64,000 nucleotides of DNA, taken from positions 62,001 through 126,000 of the forward strand of contig CAJNYD010000333.1 in the NCBI GenBank assembly GCA_905331295.1. Direction: 5' to 3'. The first letter of the stretch is position 1. Each line of letters opens with the position of its first letter. The stretch is from Rotaria socialis. Lineage: Eukaryota. Below the pieces are notes generated by a model that saw nothing but the letters and a program-made list of their open reading frames with translations, ran no database searches and was not told the origin of the DNA. Shown here one piece after another: positions 13,301-26,080 of this stretch. The translations under genes were made by a program, and so were the position numbers.

Positions 13301-16300
13301 TTATGCTGTAAGTTGATTAAGATATGATTGTGCTTCATACAATGATTGAGATGATTGACGTTGACAGAAAAGTTTTTTCAAACTAAGCTCAACACTTGAT
13401 AATGTTCGTTTGTTAAATAATGTTTCTAATGCTGTCCACATATATGTCTGATAAAAGTCATTTTTATTCATTTTTAATATTGTCGAATTGAACCAAAGGC
13501 ATAATTGAATACAATTACTGATACAAGATATTGATGGCCGCTAAATAAAGAATAGAATTGAATGTACGAAAAGAGATGTATGCATATATATAATACCTCT
13601 TTAGGATTTTTACGCAACATCGAATGAACAAGTCGTTCGATAAGTGGTGATGCTAGAGGTAGAAGTGGCGGTAGCTGTTGATCACTGTAGGTTTCTTGTC
13701 GAAATGAGCCATGGAAAAATGGGTTTGGTAGAGAAAAAAATTCATAACATAACGTGCCGCTTGCCCAAAGATCAGCTTTATTGTAATCGAGATAACTTTT
13801 TGGGCCAGGTTGACACAGCACGATCTGATTTAACAAAATAAAAAGAGAGAATTATGCAATAGAAGTATGTCAAGTGAAATTCATAGTATTGAGTTATCAC
13901 GCTGTCTCAGATTTAGAAACCTTTCTAGATTTAATAATGCATAGAAATAAAGACAATATCTAGGGTTTCAATCAAGTAAGATTTCAACTAGGGGTGGGCC
14001 ATTAACATTAATATTAATGTTAATGTTTTCATTAAAACTAATGACTTAATATTAATATTAATGGTTAATGTTTTCATGAAAGCATTATAACTGTCCATAT
14101 TAAGTAATTAACACTTTCGGAGAAAACATTAGCTATTAAGACCAGTTAATTGATTAATAATTGTAGATAATGTTTCCTTAGAAAAACCTAATTCAGTAAT
14201 ATGGAAAAATTAATGTTTTCATGAAAAAATTAACATTAATATTAATGATTAATGAAAATATAATCCCTAATATTAACGAAAACATTACCATTCATACTAA
14301 TGGTGAATGTTTCCGTTAACCGTTAATATCATTCAAGAACATTGACATTAATATTAATGATTAATGAAAACATTAATTTTAAAATTAATGTTAATGTTTT
14401 TCATTAATATTAATGAATTATGTTTTTCTCAGAAAACATTAGCCATTAAGATTAATGGCTAATGGAAGTCATTAATTAATTTCATTAATTAAGTTCCGTT
14501 AAAAAAAAATGGTCCACCCCTAATTTCAATCCATAAAACACGTAGTCTCGCAACTCTTTCTCTCGCTCAAAAAAAAGCTGATGGTCTGTGTTTTAGAAGT
14601 TACTTGACTCTTTTTTTCATATTCACACACGCAATCAAAACAATTACATGGGTCATTAAGTTTGACAAAATATAAAACTTACTTCTGGTGCCATTAGTGC
14701 AAGATTTCCACCTTTACAAATTTCATCAGTTGTATACGATTGTTTTAAATTAGGTGGTTGATATAAAGCACAACCAAAATCAGCTAGAACAAGTTCACCA
14801 GTTGAACTACATATAAGTAGATTATCACTTTTTACGTCTCGATGAACAATTGAATGACGTTTTAAATATACTAAAGCTTCTAATAATTGCGCAAAAAGTA
14901 ATAACCGTTCATGATGAGTAGGTTTACTTAAGTGAATGTATTCACTCAATGTTAAATCATAACGACGCATAACAATAAACAAAGTTTTATTTCTTCCATA
15001 ACCATCTGGCGATATATTTGTTGGTATTGCCATTGGATAGTGTACATATGCTTCATTTAGCAGTGGAAATGAGTCAACAAAACATGAATACATTCGAACA
15101 ATGTTTGGATGATAAGAACATTTACGTAGTGGCAATAACTCTTTATCCATAGCTTTCTCAAGGGCTTCAGCGTTGGATTGAGTGCCATAATTAAATAACA
15201 TTTTTATTGCTAAATTAAATTCGCCAGCTAAAATTTCCGGGTAAAAAATTTTTCATTGATTATTTTTCAATAAATATTTACCTGGTAATAAATTAGATTC
15301 AATATTTGATGATCTATTCATGTTAGTTGCAGCTCGATATCGAACTAAAATTATAGAATTGCTCTTTCTAGTCAATCTAATTTTGATAGCAGCAAATTAA
15401 ATAATCGATTTCTGTACAAATATTTGTCCTCGAAGTCTCTATGTCAATGTCTTATCTCGGCTGTGAAATAATCATTTACTGTTGTTTTGATTGATAATAT
15501 TTGTCAAGGAGGTAAAGCATCTGGCAGCTACGTAATATATTGAATATATAAAACGTTCAAACACGCACGATAAAAGAAAACATGTTTCAATGATTAGATA
15601 TCACCACAAGAAGATTGTTCTTTGTTCTTATTACAAACGGATATCGGCTGTCTTCGCATCCCACTTATTCTGAAGTAAGCGAATAGCTATTAAACAACCA
15701 TATCTCTTGTCATCTATATTCACATTGTCCTTCTTCTTTCAACGATACTTCACAAAATTGATAATTATTCATATTCATCGAATTGAATGCTTACACCGAT
15801 ATTATTAAAACTAACAAGAAAAAAGGTTATTAAGTTTCTTAAAATTGATTGTTGTTTTTCTCATCGATATATTAAATTAATTTCCGTATGTTTTAAGCCT
15901 TTCTTTTTATTTCATTACGATAGGAAGCCTCTATCATACCTTCTTTTAATGTTAACTCATGCAGGCGCTCTTCATCGTCAAGGTTATCATGCACACCCTC
16001 ATAAATTGATGAAGTATTCGATGATTGACGTGAAAGTATTTCGGTATCGCTTTCATTGCTGTTTTCATCATTAATTATAAATTCTGATGGTATTGTTGTA
16101 CGAGATATTCCGTCTGTCGGTATGCGAATTCGTGCTTCATATACAGCTGCGTTACAACCGTAGCCAAGTAAGCGACCTAATTCAAAATCATCGAGCGATG
16201 CTCGATTATATTTTTCATTATCATCATTTAATTGATCCACGTTGATAGTTTTTTCTAAAATATGACAAACTTGATTGATGGTTTCGTTACGATGAACAAA

Positions 16301-17325
16301 ATCAAATGATGATTGTGGTATAAGTGAATAGCCGAGAAGACTAAAAGCAAGACGTGAACTTGTCGGAGCTAAAAAAAAGAAAGAGCAGATACTATGCAAA
16401 TAGTAATGATAAGATTTATTTGAGAAGAAAAATATTACGTTTATGTTTGGTTTCAAAATCGGAAGGAAGACAGAGAATCACTGTGAACCGGAAATTTATT
16501 TTTCCTATGTCAAGTCGATACTAAATCAGATGTTATGGCTGAAGTTTTTTGTTTTATTGAATCAATATTTGATTATTTGAAATTATTCTTTCTATTGTTC
16601 TCAATAGTATACAAATATTCTCTGATGAAAAATTAATCAGTTATTTATGCTACACTACTCCAGTCTACTAACAGCCCAAGAGAGAAAAAACTCAGTACAA
16701 ATAAAAACGGGTCAACTAATTTCAAAGAAATCGATACATTAGACGAGCACACTGGAAAATGTAATCCACATAACCACTCATACTATGGTTTCAGATTGCT
16801 TATCGAAGATGATAAGGGTAGAGCTTCTAACAGTTGTTCTTCGTGTCATCTCCTCTCATCACATCACATCACATTATCATCATTGTCTGCGCTTCGCTAT
16901 ATGCTGACGGTCGTTTAGCACAGCATCCTTTATTCCCTCGAGACCAATAACTAGTTGATAGAAACAGAGACAGAGAGAGAGAGAAAGAAAAGAAGCTCAT
17001 TTGTTCGCTCGTTCACCTCTATTGTTACTATTCAAATGTTGGACGACGACGACGACGACGACATTCACTTGTCTTGGCCTGCTTAATGATGATCTGTGCT
17101 ATGCATGTTTTACTAGAAGACGAAGAAAAAGAGAATTCTAGTTATTTCTCTCGTTCTCTCTCTGTCTCTGTGGTTTTATTATTACCACTTCTCTTCTCCT
17201 TTCTAGATGGCATGAATTCGTTTTTCAATGTACGTACATCAAAGAACAATCACAAAAAACTCCTATTTTTCTCTCTGTTGCTCGTTACTTTTAAGTGCGT
17301 AGAAGAAAGCTGAGTACTGATATGC

Positions 17326-17357
<32 letters not shown>

Positions 17358-17692
17358 GGAGGGAGAGAAATGCGTATACGCAGAAGTCAAAAAAGAAAAC
17401 GCACAAAAGAACCAACCAGCAAAGAAAAATCGTCGTTTGAGTTCGTTTAGTATAGTGCGATATGGTGGTAGTAAATTTGAAAGATTTGATGGTAACGGCC
17501 CATGGGTTGCCCATTGTAAGAAAACGATGAAAACAAACTTGCACGTAATGGTTGTTTTGAATAACTTTGAGAATTTTTATTGATGTGTACTATTTCATGA
17601 ACACGATGAGAAGGATATATGGGTTTTACTGGATGGGAAAATATCACTCGGCTTATTCGAGCCAGCATCGCTGCTACACCTTTCAAAACCAT
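13301..17692 (-). CDS. PINK1: PINK1 mitochondrial Ser/Thr kinase
   Basis: LGYGCNAAVY, LAIKMLFNY, GYGRNKTLFIVM, HRDVKSDNLL, DFGC, GGNLALMAPE, KADLWASG and NPF motifs; basic amphipathic N-terminal exon (17692) resembling a mitochondrial targeting sequence. First-exon donor position uncertain. Confidence 0.93.
13989..14522. mobile_element. hAT-type MITE in a PINK1 intron
   Basis: TIR taggggtgggccatt / aatggtccaccccta (1 mismatch); TSD atttcaac/atttcaat (7/8); interior built from cattaatattaatg-type palindromic repeats. Confidence 0.85.
17042..17062. repeat. (GAC)n microsatellite in PINK1 intron 1
   Basis: gacgacgacgacgacgacgac. Confidence 0.9.
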
Positions 17693-19428
17693 TATTCATG
17701 CTGCTGATGCCGTAACAATGCTTAAATTTGAAAGACAAATAAAATACCTACAAGACGAAAAATATTACGACGTATAAAAAAAAACAATCATGTGATCGCA
17801 TTTCATCATCGCTTACAGAACAAACAGGTAGATAAATATGGTCATTACTCAGCGTTTCTGTTCCTATGATTTTAATGACGACAAAAAAAGTTTCATCACT
17901 GTTTTAATCATGTTGAAATTTCGACAGGCGATAATCTTTGTTTTTTAGCGAACATAGAAACTCCGTTAAATTAACCATAATCATTATGAAAGCATGACTA
18001 ACAATTTATTTTTCTCTCGTTAATTATTGTTCAAAGTCAATCATCTGGAATAATACTGAACATTTGGTGAGATAGAGGAATTCATCTCATCTCATCTCAT
18101 CTCATAGCTAGTACAACAGGGCGAGAGTCTTACATTTTATTTGAGGGCCGATTACTTGCCATATGATGGCTAGTGACAAGAATGCGATCTTTCTTTTCAG
18201 GCACGGTTACATGTACCCTACACAATCGAACGATACATGTGAACAATAAATACTTGAATGCAAGCACTAAAATAATAATACTAAAAAGAAAATTTAGATT
18301 TTCAATAGATTTTTATGTTTTTTTGTTGACCTTTTGAAGTAATAATTTTTACATCGCGTGCGTCTATCATTAGTATGACTGACATTATTCGTTAACCTTT
18401 AGTTTCTTTCTACAAACTAATAATATCGTGATGTATGCCAGAGTATTGAGTAGCGTACAGTAAATGGATAATTAGTATCTGAAATCTTTCATATGTATAT
18501 ATATATATAATTATGATTATACAATACTCTTCTAAAATTGTCAACATTGCTTTGAAGAACGCCCCTAAGTGACTATCACGGTGTGAATCTTGTATTGTTC
18601 TGAAATTTTCAAATGCTTAATTTAACACTTCAAATCACTTTGTTCAAAATTAAGTCGTTCATCAAATCATATAGAAATTACACACTTGAAAATACGATAC
18701 TTTGCAAATATACTTCTAAACTTTTATTTCTTTTAATTCAAAGTACAAACTTGACCTTTGTTGGGCGGTCAAAGTTTTGAAATCGAAACAAACAGTGTTA
18801 TCTGTTTATGAAAAATTATTATCGATTACTTCATTTGCTTTACTCATGAATTTAATATGTAATAAAATGTTATGATTTATAGTAGAAAGGATGTATAAAC
18901 ATTATTGTATTATCAAAAGATTTACATAAGATTCGTTGAATATCACTAGTGAAATTGTAAAATCTTCAATTCATGTAGTGTTTAATATATGAATCATAAG
19001 AGCTATTATGAAAATCTAATTCTCTCCAAAGTGCATGCTCTAGTCGTGCGATAAAAGCTTCTGTTTTTTTACATTATTATTACTCAAAAACAATAAATAA
19101 GATTCGTGCTCATAATAACCAATCAAGGATCACGTGGATGAATAGTGACTCACCGTCTACCTTGAACTATACTCACCTGCTTGGTTACACGTCTAATTGA
19201 TCTAAGAAATCATAGTTTCTCTCTTATATGATCATATTTGAATGTAAATGTACATCTACAAGGCTAAAAAGCGACATCAATCATGTTTGTCCAACACGTC
19301 ATTTTTTTACTACACAATATATTTACAGGTAAAGTAGTGTGTTTTGACGCAAACGTTCTGTTCTTTTAAATCTATTTATTTATCAGTATAAGGTGAAATT
19401 TCATAACTAATTGAAAAATCGAATAGTT

Positions 19429-21171
19429 ATGGCCGAAGAAGCATCTAATTCAAATGATTATCCAATACAAATATCTGAAAATAGTCAACCCTCAAATTTC
19501 GATGAATTTCGAGTGAGTCAACAGAAAATAAAATGATTTTTTTTTCGATAAATATACTATTCATATTTTGTTTTTCTTCATAGGAAATGGTCGATGCTGC
19601 ACTTAATTTAGATGCAACAAATGACACACGTAATGATGGTAAGCTGTTGTTTAACAATGAAATCTTGAATCGTTTTTTATTGCAATAGAAACGCTTGTTG
19701 AAGAGCAACAGATCAATCAGGCGTTATTATCGTCATTAGCTTTATGCAATGATAATGAGCAAATTACGTCACTTAGTACAAATACAACTGTTTCAGTCGC
19801 AGAACTACCCAGTGATATTACATATAGTCTTAATGTAGCTGCGAAACAATTATCTTTACTATATGAAAGTGTCTCTAATGTAACAAACACTGAGCAAGAT
19901 GGTAATCTCGTTGAAGATAGTGACGAAACAGAACAACTCAACAGTAGCACTGTTGAACCATTGTCTGAACCAGAAACAGGTAAAAGAAGAAAAAAAAGAG
20001 TAAAGTTGAGATATTTAATAAACTTAAATTGATGTTCAATTTCAAGCTTCGTCCACTGTTCCTAAACCAACAACTTTATCGACTACAAATGATAATCCCC
20101 AACAAAAACGACACATTATGATTAGTTATAATCGTTCGTCACGTGAAACATGCCAGAAAATTTATGAAGGCCTAGTGGTAATTATTACACAAAGATAATT
20201 TGAATAAAGAACAATTTAGTTTTGATAATTTAGAAAAGAAATTATAAAGTTTGGATGGATTTAACAGATATGGGCGATGACATACTTGTTAGTATGGCTC
20301 GAGCCGTAGAAAATTCTTATATTGTTCTCATTTGTATTAATCAGCAATATTATGAAAGTGAATATTGTCGATTAGGTAAGAAAAACGTTTTTTTTTTTAT
20401 GACCTTCAAAATCTTATTACTTGAATATTGTAGAAGCTGAATATGCTGCAGAAAATCGTATTAAATTTATTCCATGCTTAATGGAAAAATCGTTTCGCGC
20501 ACAAAGCTGGTTGGGTATCATAAAAGGTTCGAATTATCATATTGATTTTTCGGAGCTTGAAGATTTCGATAAATCATTCGGTGAACTAATTCGCCAAATA
20601 ACACACGTTGAAAGGAAACTATCTGTGCAGCCTCGTAAATTATTTTTTTCAATGAAAATAAAATGATTGAATAATTAATTTAGGTCGTACTCCTGCACCT
20701 TCTTCAATGGTAAACCCAATGAGATCAGCAGCAATGTCAGCAACGCACGCTAACATATCTAGTTCTGCGCAAAATGTAAATTCTCGCCGTTTTGATGCAA
20801 TTATACGTGAATATAAACAATCAATTAAAAAGAAACGTGGTCAATTAACTCGTTTAAAAAAAAATGAATTATCGGATCTTATTAGTAAGCTTCGTCAAGA
20901 ATTATTCACTGAAACATCACAAGTATTAACTGACAGCGACCGATCAGATGAAGAAGACGATAAACAAAATAATGATAGTCAACTTTTAGAGCACCTTTTA
21001 ACTAGATCATTAGATCAAAATGAAGTATTACTAAGATTAGTTGATCGTCTAACAACAACACAACCTACTGAACAGACTAATATACAAAATTTAGATATGA
21101 ATGGTATTGTTAAAGTGATATTAGCAATTATGCTTTTGTGGACACTAAATTTATTGTGTCACAAAGAATAG
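19429..21171 (+). CDS. TIR (TIR_2-type) domain protein with acidic N-terminus, helical region and C-terminal transmembrane tail, about 7 exons
   Basis: HIMISYN...KVWMD...SMARAVENSYIVLICINQQYYESEYCRLEAEYA...FIPCLM...WLGII; terminal GIVKVILAIMLLWTLNLLCHKE. Confidence 0.85.
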
Positions 21172-21742
21172 ACATATTTTTTAAATAGTGAATTATATTT
21201 GTTTTTTCTAATCTTTAATTAAAAAATGATGCTGGACAAAGTTTTTATACATAAAACTACAATATTTTGATTGATTCTCCCATCTAGCTAGGCTATATGT
21301 AATGCTAAGACGTGTCTAAATTTTATTTATCGATCAGATTTGAATTGACCATAGCCGAATACATCGGATAAAGAATTTCATCCTAAAAAAAAGACTCGGG
21401 TTGGTGATGATAATAGGTGAACGTGTTCTATGCCCTAGATCAGAAATCGGTGCTCACCAAAAATTAAAATTATTCAAAGCATGCATCAGAAATGATTCGT
21501 TATCATAGAGAATCCATATCTATGAGGAAAAGAAAAAAAAAGAATACGAACTAATCTTATGCGATCATCATAATATATTCTTAAAAGTTTTTCTTATCAG
21601 AAAAATAAGATAAAATCATAGTAATAGTAATAATAAAAATAAAAAGTGTGAGTTTATCTTAGTTAGATAACATGTAGATACAGATATACATACAATACAC
21701 AACAGAAGTGAAAATAAAATGCAATCGCCAGATTCAAAATCA

Positions 21743-22571
21743 TTAACAAGCCGTTAAATTAATCGCATTCGACATGTTGAAAGTTCCATGTGATTGTTTA
21801 AGTACAATCATGGTTATTCGAAAGTAGATTATCGAAAAAACAATCGTACAAATAAATACTAGTACGGCAGCAGCCATTTGAACAATAACAAATTGACAAT
21901 AAAATGTTAATTCACGCGTGGGTTCATTTGGTTTGGTTACACATCTTTTTCGATATAAATCGCTATGCAATAGGAGTTCAGTAATTGTAAACGTCAATGC
22001 TAAGAAATCAGAAAATATACTTTAACAAAAACGAACTGGTATGTTCTTACCAATCAATTGAAAAATCAATATAACTGATGTTTGATGACGTTCGCGATTG
22101 GTAACAGCAACTAAATAAAATAGAGATTTCAAAATTCGAAGTTTATTTTCTTCTTATAAACAAACCGAGCACAATTATTGCAACACCAGCCAGTGTATAA
22201 ATACCACCACACCAAAGTCCAAAAGCAATGTCGAAAGTAAGCAATTCAAGTGTAAGTACAATAAATCCAGCAGATAATTCAAAAATGCCTAGAATCGTTA
22301 CTATTAAACCAGGAAATTTCCTTTGAAATGGAGGAATGCTCGGTATTGTGTCTCTATGAGGTTTTGAAATATCATCGGATGCAGTTGATTCAAGTGATAC
22401 ATAAATAGGCTGCTGCATATTATTTTCATATGATGATCGTACAGGTGACGTTGAAATCGTCTCATAATGGGAAATAAATGATATTGGATTATTGATATCT
22501 ATTTGAAAAAAGTATTTTTTGTAATGAATGCATTGAATTTTTGAAGAAAAAAAAAACTTACTTTCGTACAT
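21743..22571 (-). CDS. MS4A/CD20-like tetraspan membrane protein, about 4 exons
   Basis: ILGIFELSAG...GLWCGGIYTLAG pattern and four hydrophobic segments; short GT-AG introns. Confidence 0.55.
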
Positions 22572-23661
22572 CGCATTACCGGTTTAGATGCTGAATCGAG
22601 AAAAACAACATGCACATGTCGAATGCAAGATGTAAATGATTGTGAAGACCACGATCGAACGCTAACTGTTGAACAAGAACGAAAGAGAGACACATACACA
22701 CGTGTTTTATTACAGATTGAATCCGAAGATGTTCAGCGAACGAAAACAAAAAGATAAAAATGTTAATCGTTAAAACATGTCTGATTATTTAAAATAAACT
22801 GAAAGTTAACAAACAGTCAGCGTATAACTTCAACGGTCGGCCGTTCATTCATTTTTGTAGAACTCGATGATATTTTTAAAGCCAATAGTTCGTTGCTTCA
22901 CTTTCCACGTCTTTGGAAATAGAGTGCAACAGTTAGAAACGAAGAAGAGTAGAGATGATCGACTATATATTAAGACAGTTCGAGAATTTTTCATAAGCGT
23001 CTTTTGATCTCATCAATACCAATGACGTGAGCTATGATAAATAAGTTATGTCTGCATGTATGAATTTAGTATCGTCAAGTTTTCTCCAAATAATTTAATA
23101 CGAAAAATCGAACCAATCAGTGAATAGTGACAAGCGAGCAACAAAATTTTCTCTTTGAATCGAAAAAATAACTCAAAGCATTCTTCCGGAAGTGCATTTT
23201 TTTCAACAAAAAAAAAGAGACTAAACGAATAATGTAGGTAGAACTTTAGATATGATTGTCATTGAAAGAATCGTGCTAAATAGCTTTATTCTTGATCGAA
23301 AAGAAAGGTGAAACCTCTTTCACACCAAAACATCGTCAATCTTTATTCTACACATGTATACTATCTCGTCATCAAATAAAATATCTCTTTGGAAACCATC
23401 AAACAGTAGTATTATTGAGTAAATCAATTTCGTCATTTAGTCGCTGATTCGTAATTGTGAAAGGTACGTTGTTGCATTTGAATTTATTGGCCTCATTTTA
23501 CTCTAATTCCATTATGTATAAAAGTAGTACTCGTAAGTCGTCTCATCCCACTTTTTTAAATTACTCGCTATTATTTACGTCGCTGTCGTTATTGATTTGA
23601 AGCTACACTTTTAGCAAGTCACAAGTATCATCGGCTGCTTTTTCTTTATTAACGCTCTGTC

Positions 23662-24813
23662 ATGCCGCCGAATGCAAAAATTTTCTACGATGAAACTGAT
23701 AAATTGGAGTATGATGATGCTCCTATTGAACCAAGTGTTCTTATTCCACCGGCTGTATCAACATTGAGTATTAACCGTTCAGACATTGAAAATGGTTTAT
23801 TGAAAAAATTCAGTTGGGCTACACGTTTTTCTGGTATTATGTATGCATTGGTAGCATCATTTGTCTTTACTTGTACAACATTTATCATAAAACAATTGGG
23901 TATTGATTTGCTTGACGCATTCTTCATACGTTTTATTGTTCAAATAACATCCAACATCCTCTATGCACATAAAAAAAATTACCAATTGCTTCCGGGCACA
24001 GGTATTCAAATATTTTCACAATTTTTATGTTGTGGAACAGGTGCCGGAAGTTTCTTCTTATATTTTTTTGCTATACGTTATATCGAATTGCCCGATGTTA
24101 CAACTTTAGCATATACAAGAGTCGTTTGGACATCAGTTCTCAGTATTATTCTTTATCGAGAACGACCATCAAAAGTTTCCTTGATATCTATACCTCTTAC
24201 TCTTCTTGGTGTTATTCTTGTTGCACAACCAAGTTTTATATTTTCATCAAAAGTATCTTCTGCTGTTCTTATTAGCAGTAAACTTCGTGCACTCGGCTTG
24301 TCTCTATCGATTAGTAGTGCAATAGCATCAGCGGTAAATGTTCTCGCATTCAAACAACTTATTTCAACATCGAAAACGATTAAACCAAGCGTAATTACTC
24401 TTCATTATTGCTTGGCAGTATTTAGTTTTCTTCTCGCGTATCAACTACATAAACAGTTTTTTCTTCAAAATAGATTCACATTTGATTATGTTGTATCGTG
24501 GCGATTTTTATTAGCATCGACGCTTGGTACTATTGTCATTATTCCAAATATTTTATCACAAAAAGCTATTAAACGTGAACATCCAGCTGTGTACACACTT
24601 CTCGGTTCAGCTGATATTATTTTTGCATTAATTCTCCAGAATATTTTTACAACGAAAAGATCAAATTTATTTGCACTCATTGGCTCAGCGTTGGTTATTG
24701 TTAGTGTAGTGATTCTTGGAGTGTCGAAAATTATTGTTGAACGTCGTTTACAGAAGCAAGTGGAATTAAAAGATATTCAATGTATGCTGCATGATACTGA
24801 AGAAAAACAATGA
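23662..24813 (+). CDS. EamA/DMT-superfamily transporter (SLC35G-like), intronless
   Basis: 383-aa ORF with about 10 hydrophobic helices; YFFAIRYIELPDVTTLAYT...ILYRE and LLGVILVAQP motifs. Confidence 0.85.
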   Translation: MPPNAKIFYDETDKLEYDDAPIEPSVLIPPAVSTLSINRSDIENGLLKKFSWATRFSGIMYALVASFVFTCTTFIIKQLGIDLLDAFFIRFIVQITSNILYAHKKNYQLLPGTGIQIFSQFLCCGTGAGSFFLYFFAIRYIELPDVTTLAYTRVVWTSVLSIILYRERPSKVSLISIPLTLLGVILVAQPSFIFSSKVSSAVLISSKLRALGLSLSISSAIASAVNVLAFKQLISTSKTIKPSVITLHYCLAVFSFLLAYQLHKQFFLQNRFTFDYVVSWRFLLASTLGTIVIIPNILSQKAIKREHPAVYTLLGSADIIFALILQNIFTTKRSNLFALIGSALVIVSVVILGVSKIIVERRLQKQVELKDIQCMLHDTEEKQ

Positions 24814-26080
24814 GTTTATTTTTCATGAAAGATATTTAAGAGTTGGTTTTTGTTTGTAATCTTTTAAATATATTTTTGAATTTTAGTCACACCCTTGAGT
24901 TCACTGAAAAAATGATCTTCAAGTTAGTGTATTCGGGGAAATGAATGCAGTTTTGTGGTCTCGAATATTTCCAATTATAATTAATGGGTACATTTGGATC
25001 TAGCGATTAATTATTTTCTTTAATTTAAAGAGAACCATGAAAACGAACAGGAGAGAGAGAGAGAGTCCTGTTTTCCAAAGAAAGAAGATAGCCGCTAGTT
25101 CTAACCGCAACTCTTCATACGAAAACGCAACTATTTGGTTGTGCCTTTTATTGAGGTAGAAAACTGTTAGAGAATCATTTTTAAAGTTTCATTTCAAGAA
25201 AAACGTGTTTTTGAATCATTTCTTTTTGCACTTTTATTATTGAAATTGATACCAAACGAGACGTCTGACGTGTTTGATGGTGCCCGAGCTTCGTAGACAG
25301 GTACATTGAAAATCAGTACAATTTGTTAGACCATCATCCAGCGCTATGCATACTTTTCAAGTCCTGTTTACCTTAATTGAAATATGAAATCCACCGTTGT
25401 TATATCAGAATATGATGTAAAGTGCTGAAATGTAAAAATACTTCAAAACAACATCTTCAATTAGTTCACTAATAAACATTTACAGCAGATTGCATGCACT
25501 TCCCTCTGTTTGGTACTTGTATATCTTCAAAAAATCGTTTTCTTTTTTTTCTAAGCCTATTGTATGATGAAAAACCATTTTGTTCGCCAATATTATCTAA
25601 TATTTAATGACACACTCATATCAATTTTCATTTTTTTGACAAAATCCTTCGTTTTTGCAGAGGCGGTAAACGGCTTTTAAGCACACCAGCAAAACGGTGT
25701 AATGTTTCTTTTCATTGATTGCATCATTTCAACAATAAATCAACGTCAATAGAGAATATTATAGTTATTGCAGCGATGTTATTACCAGATTTTTCGTTAT
25801 AAAACAAAATTCTCCTAAGACCCTTTTGAAACATAGAACTAAGTCCATTGCTACAAATATTTAGACTTTGATCGTATTGTTTTTGGGTAAAACAAAGAAT
25901 TTATTGTTAAATTCCAACTTAGTAAAATTCCTTGAATATTATAGCATACATAAATCTAACTCTAAAATCGACAAACAAGACGATAAAGCTTTTTAAAAAC
26001 AACATAAAAAAAAAAGAAAAAAAGATTGATAAATATAATTCTGTTTTTTCCTCAAATGTCGTTTGGTTTTTCTACATAAT

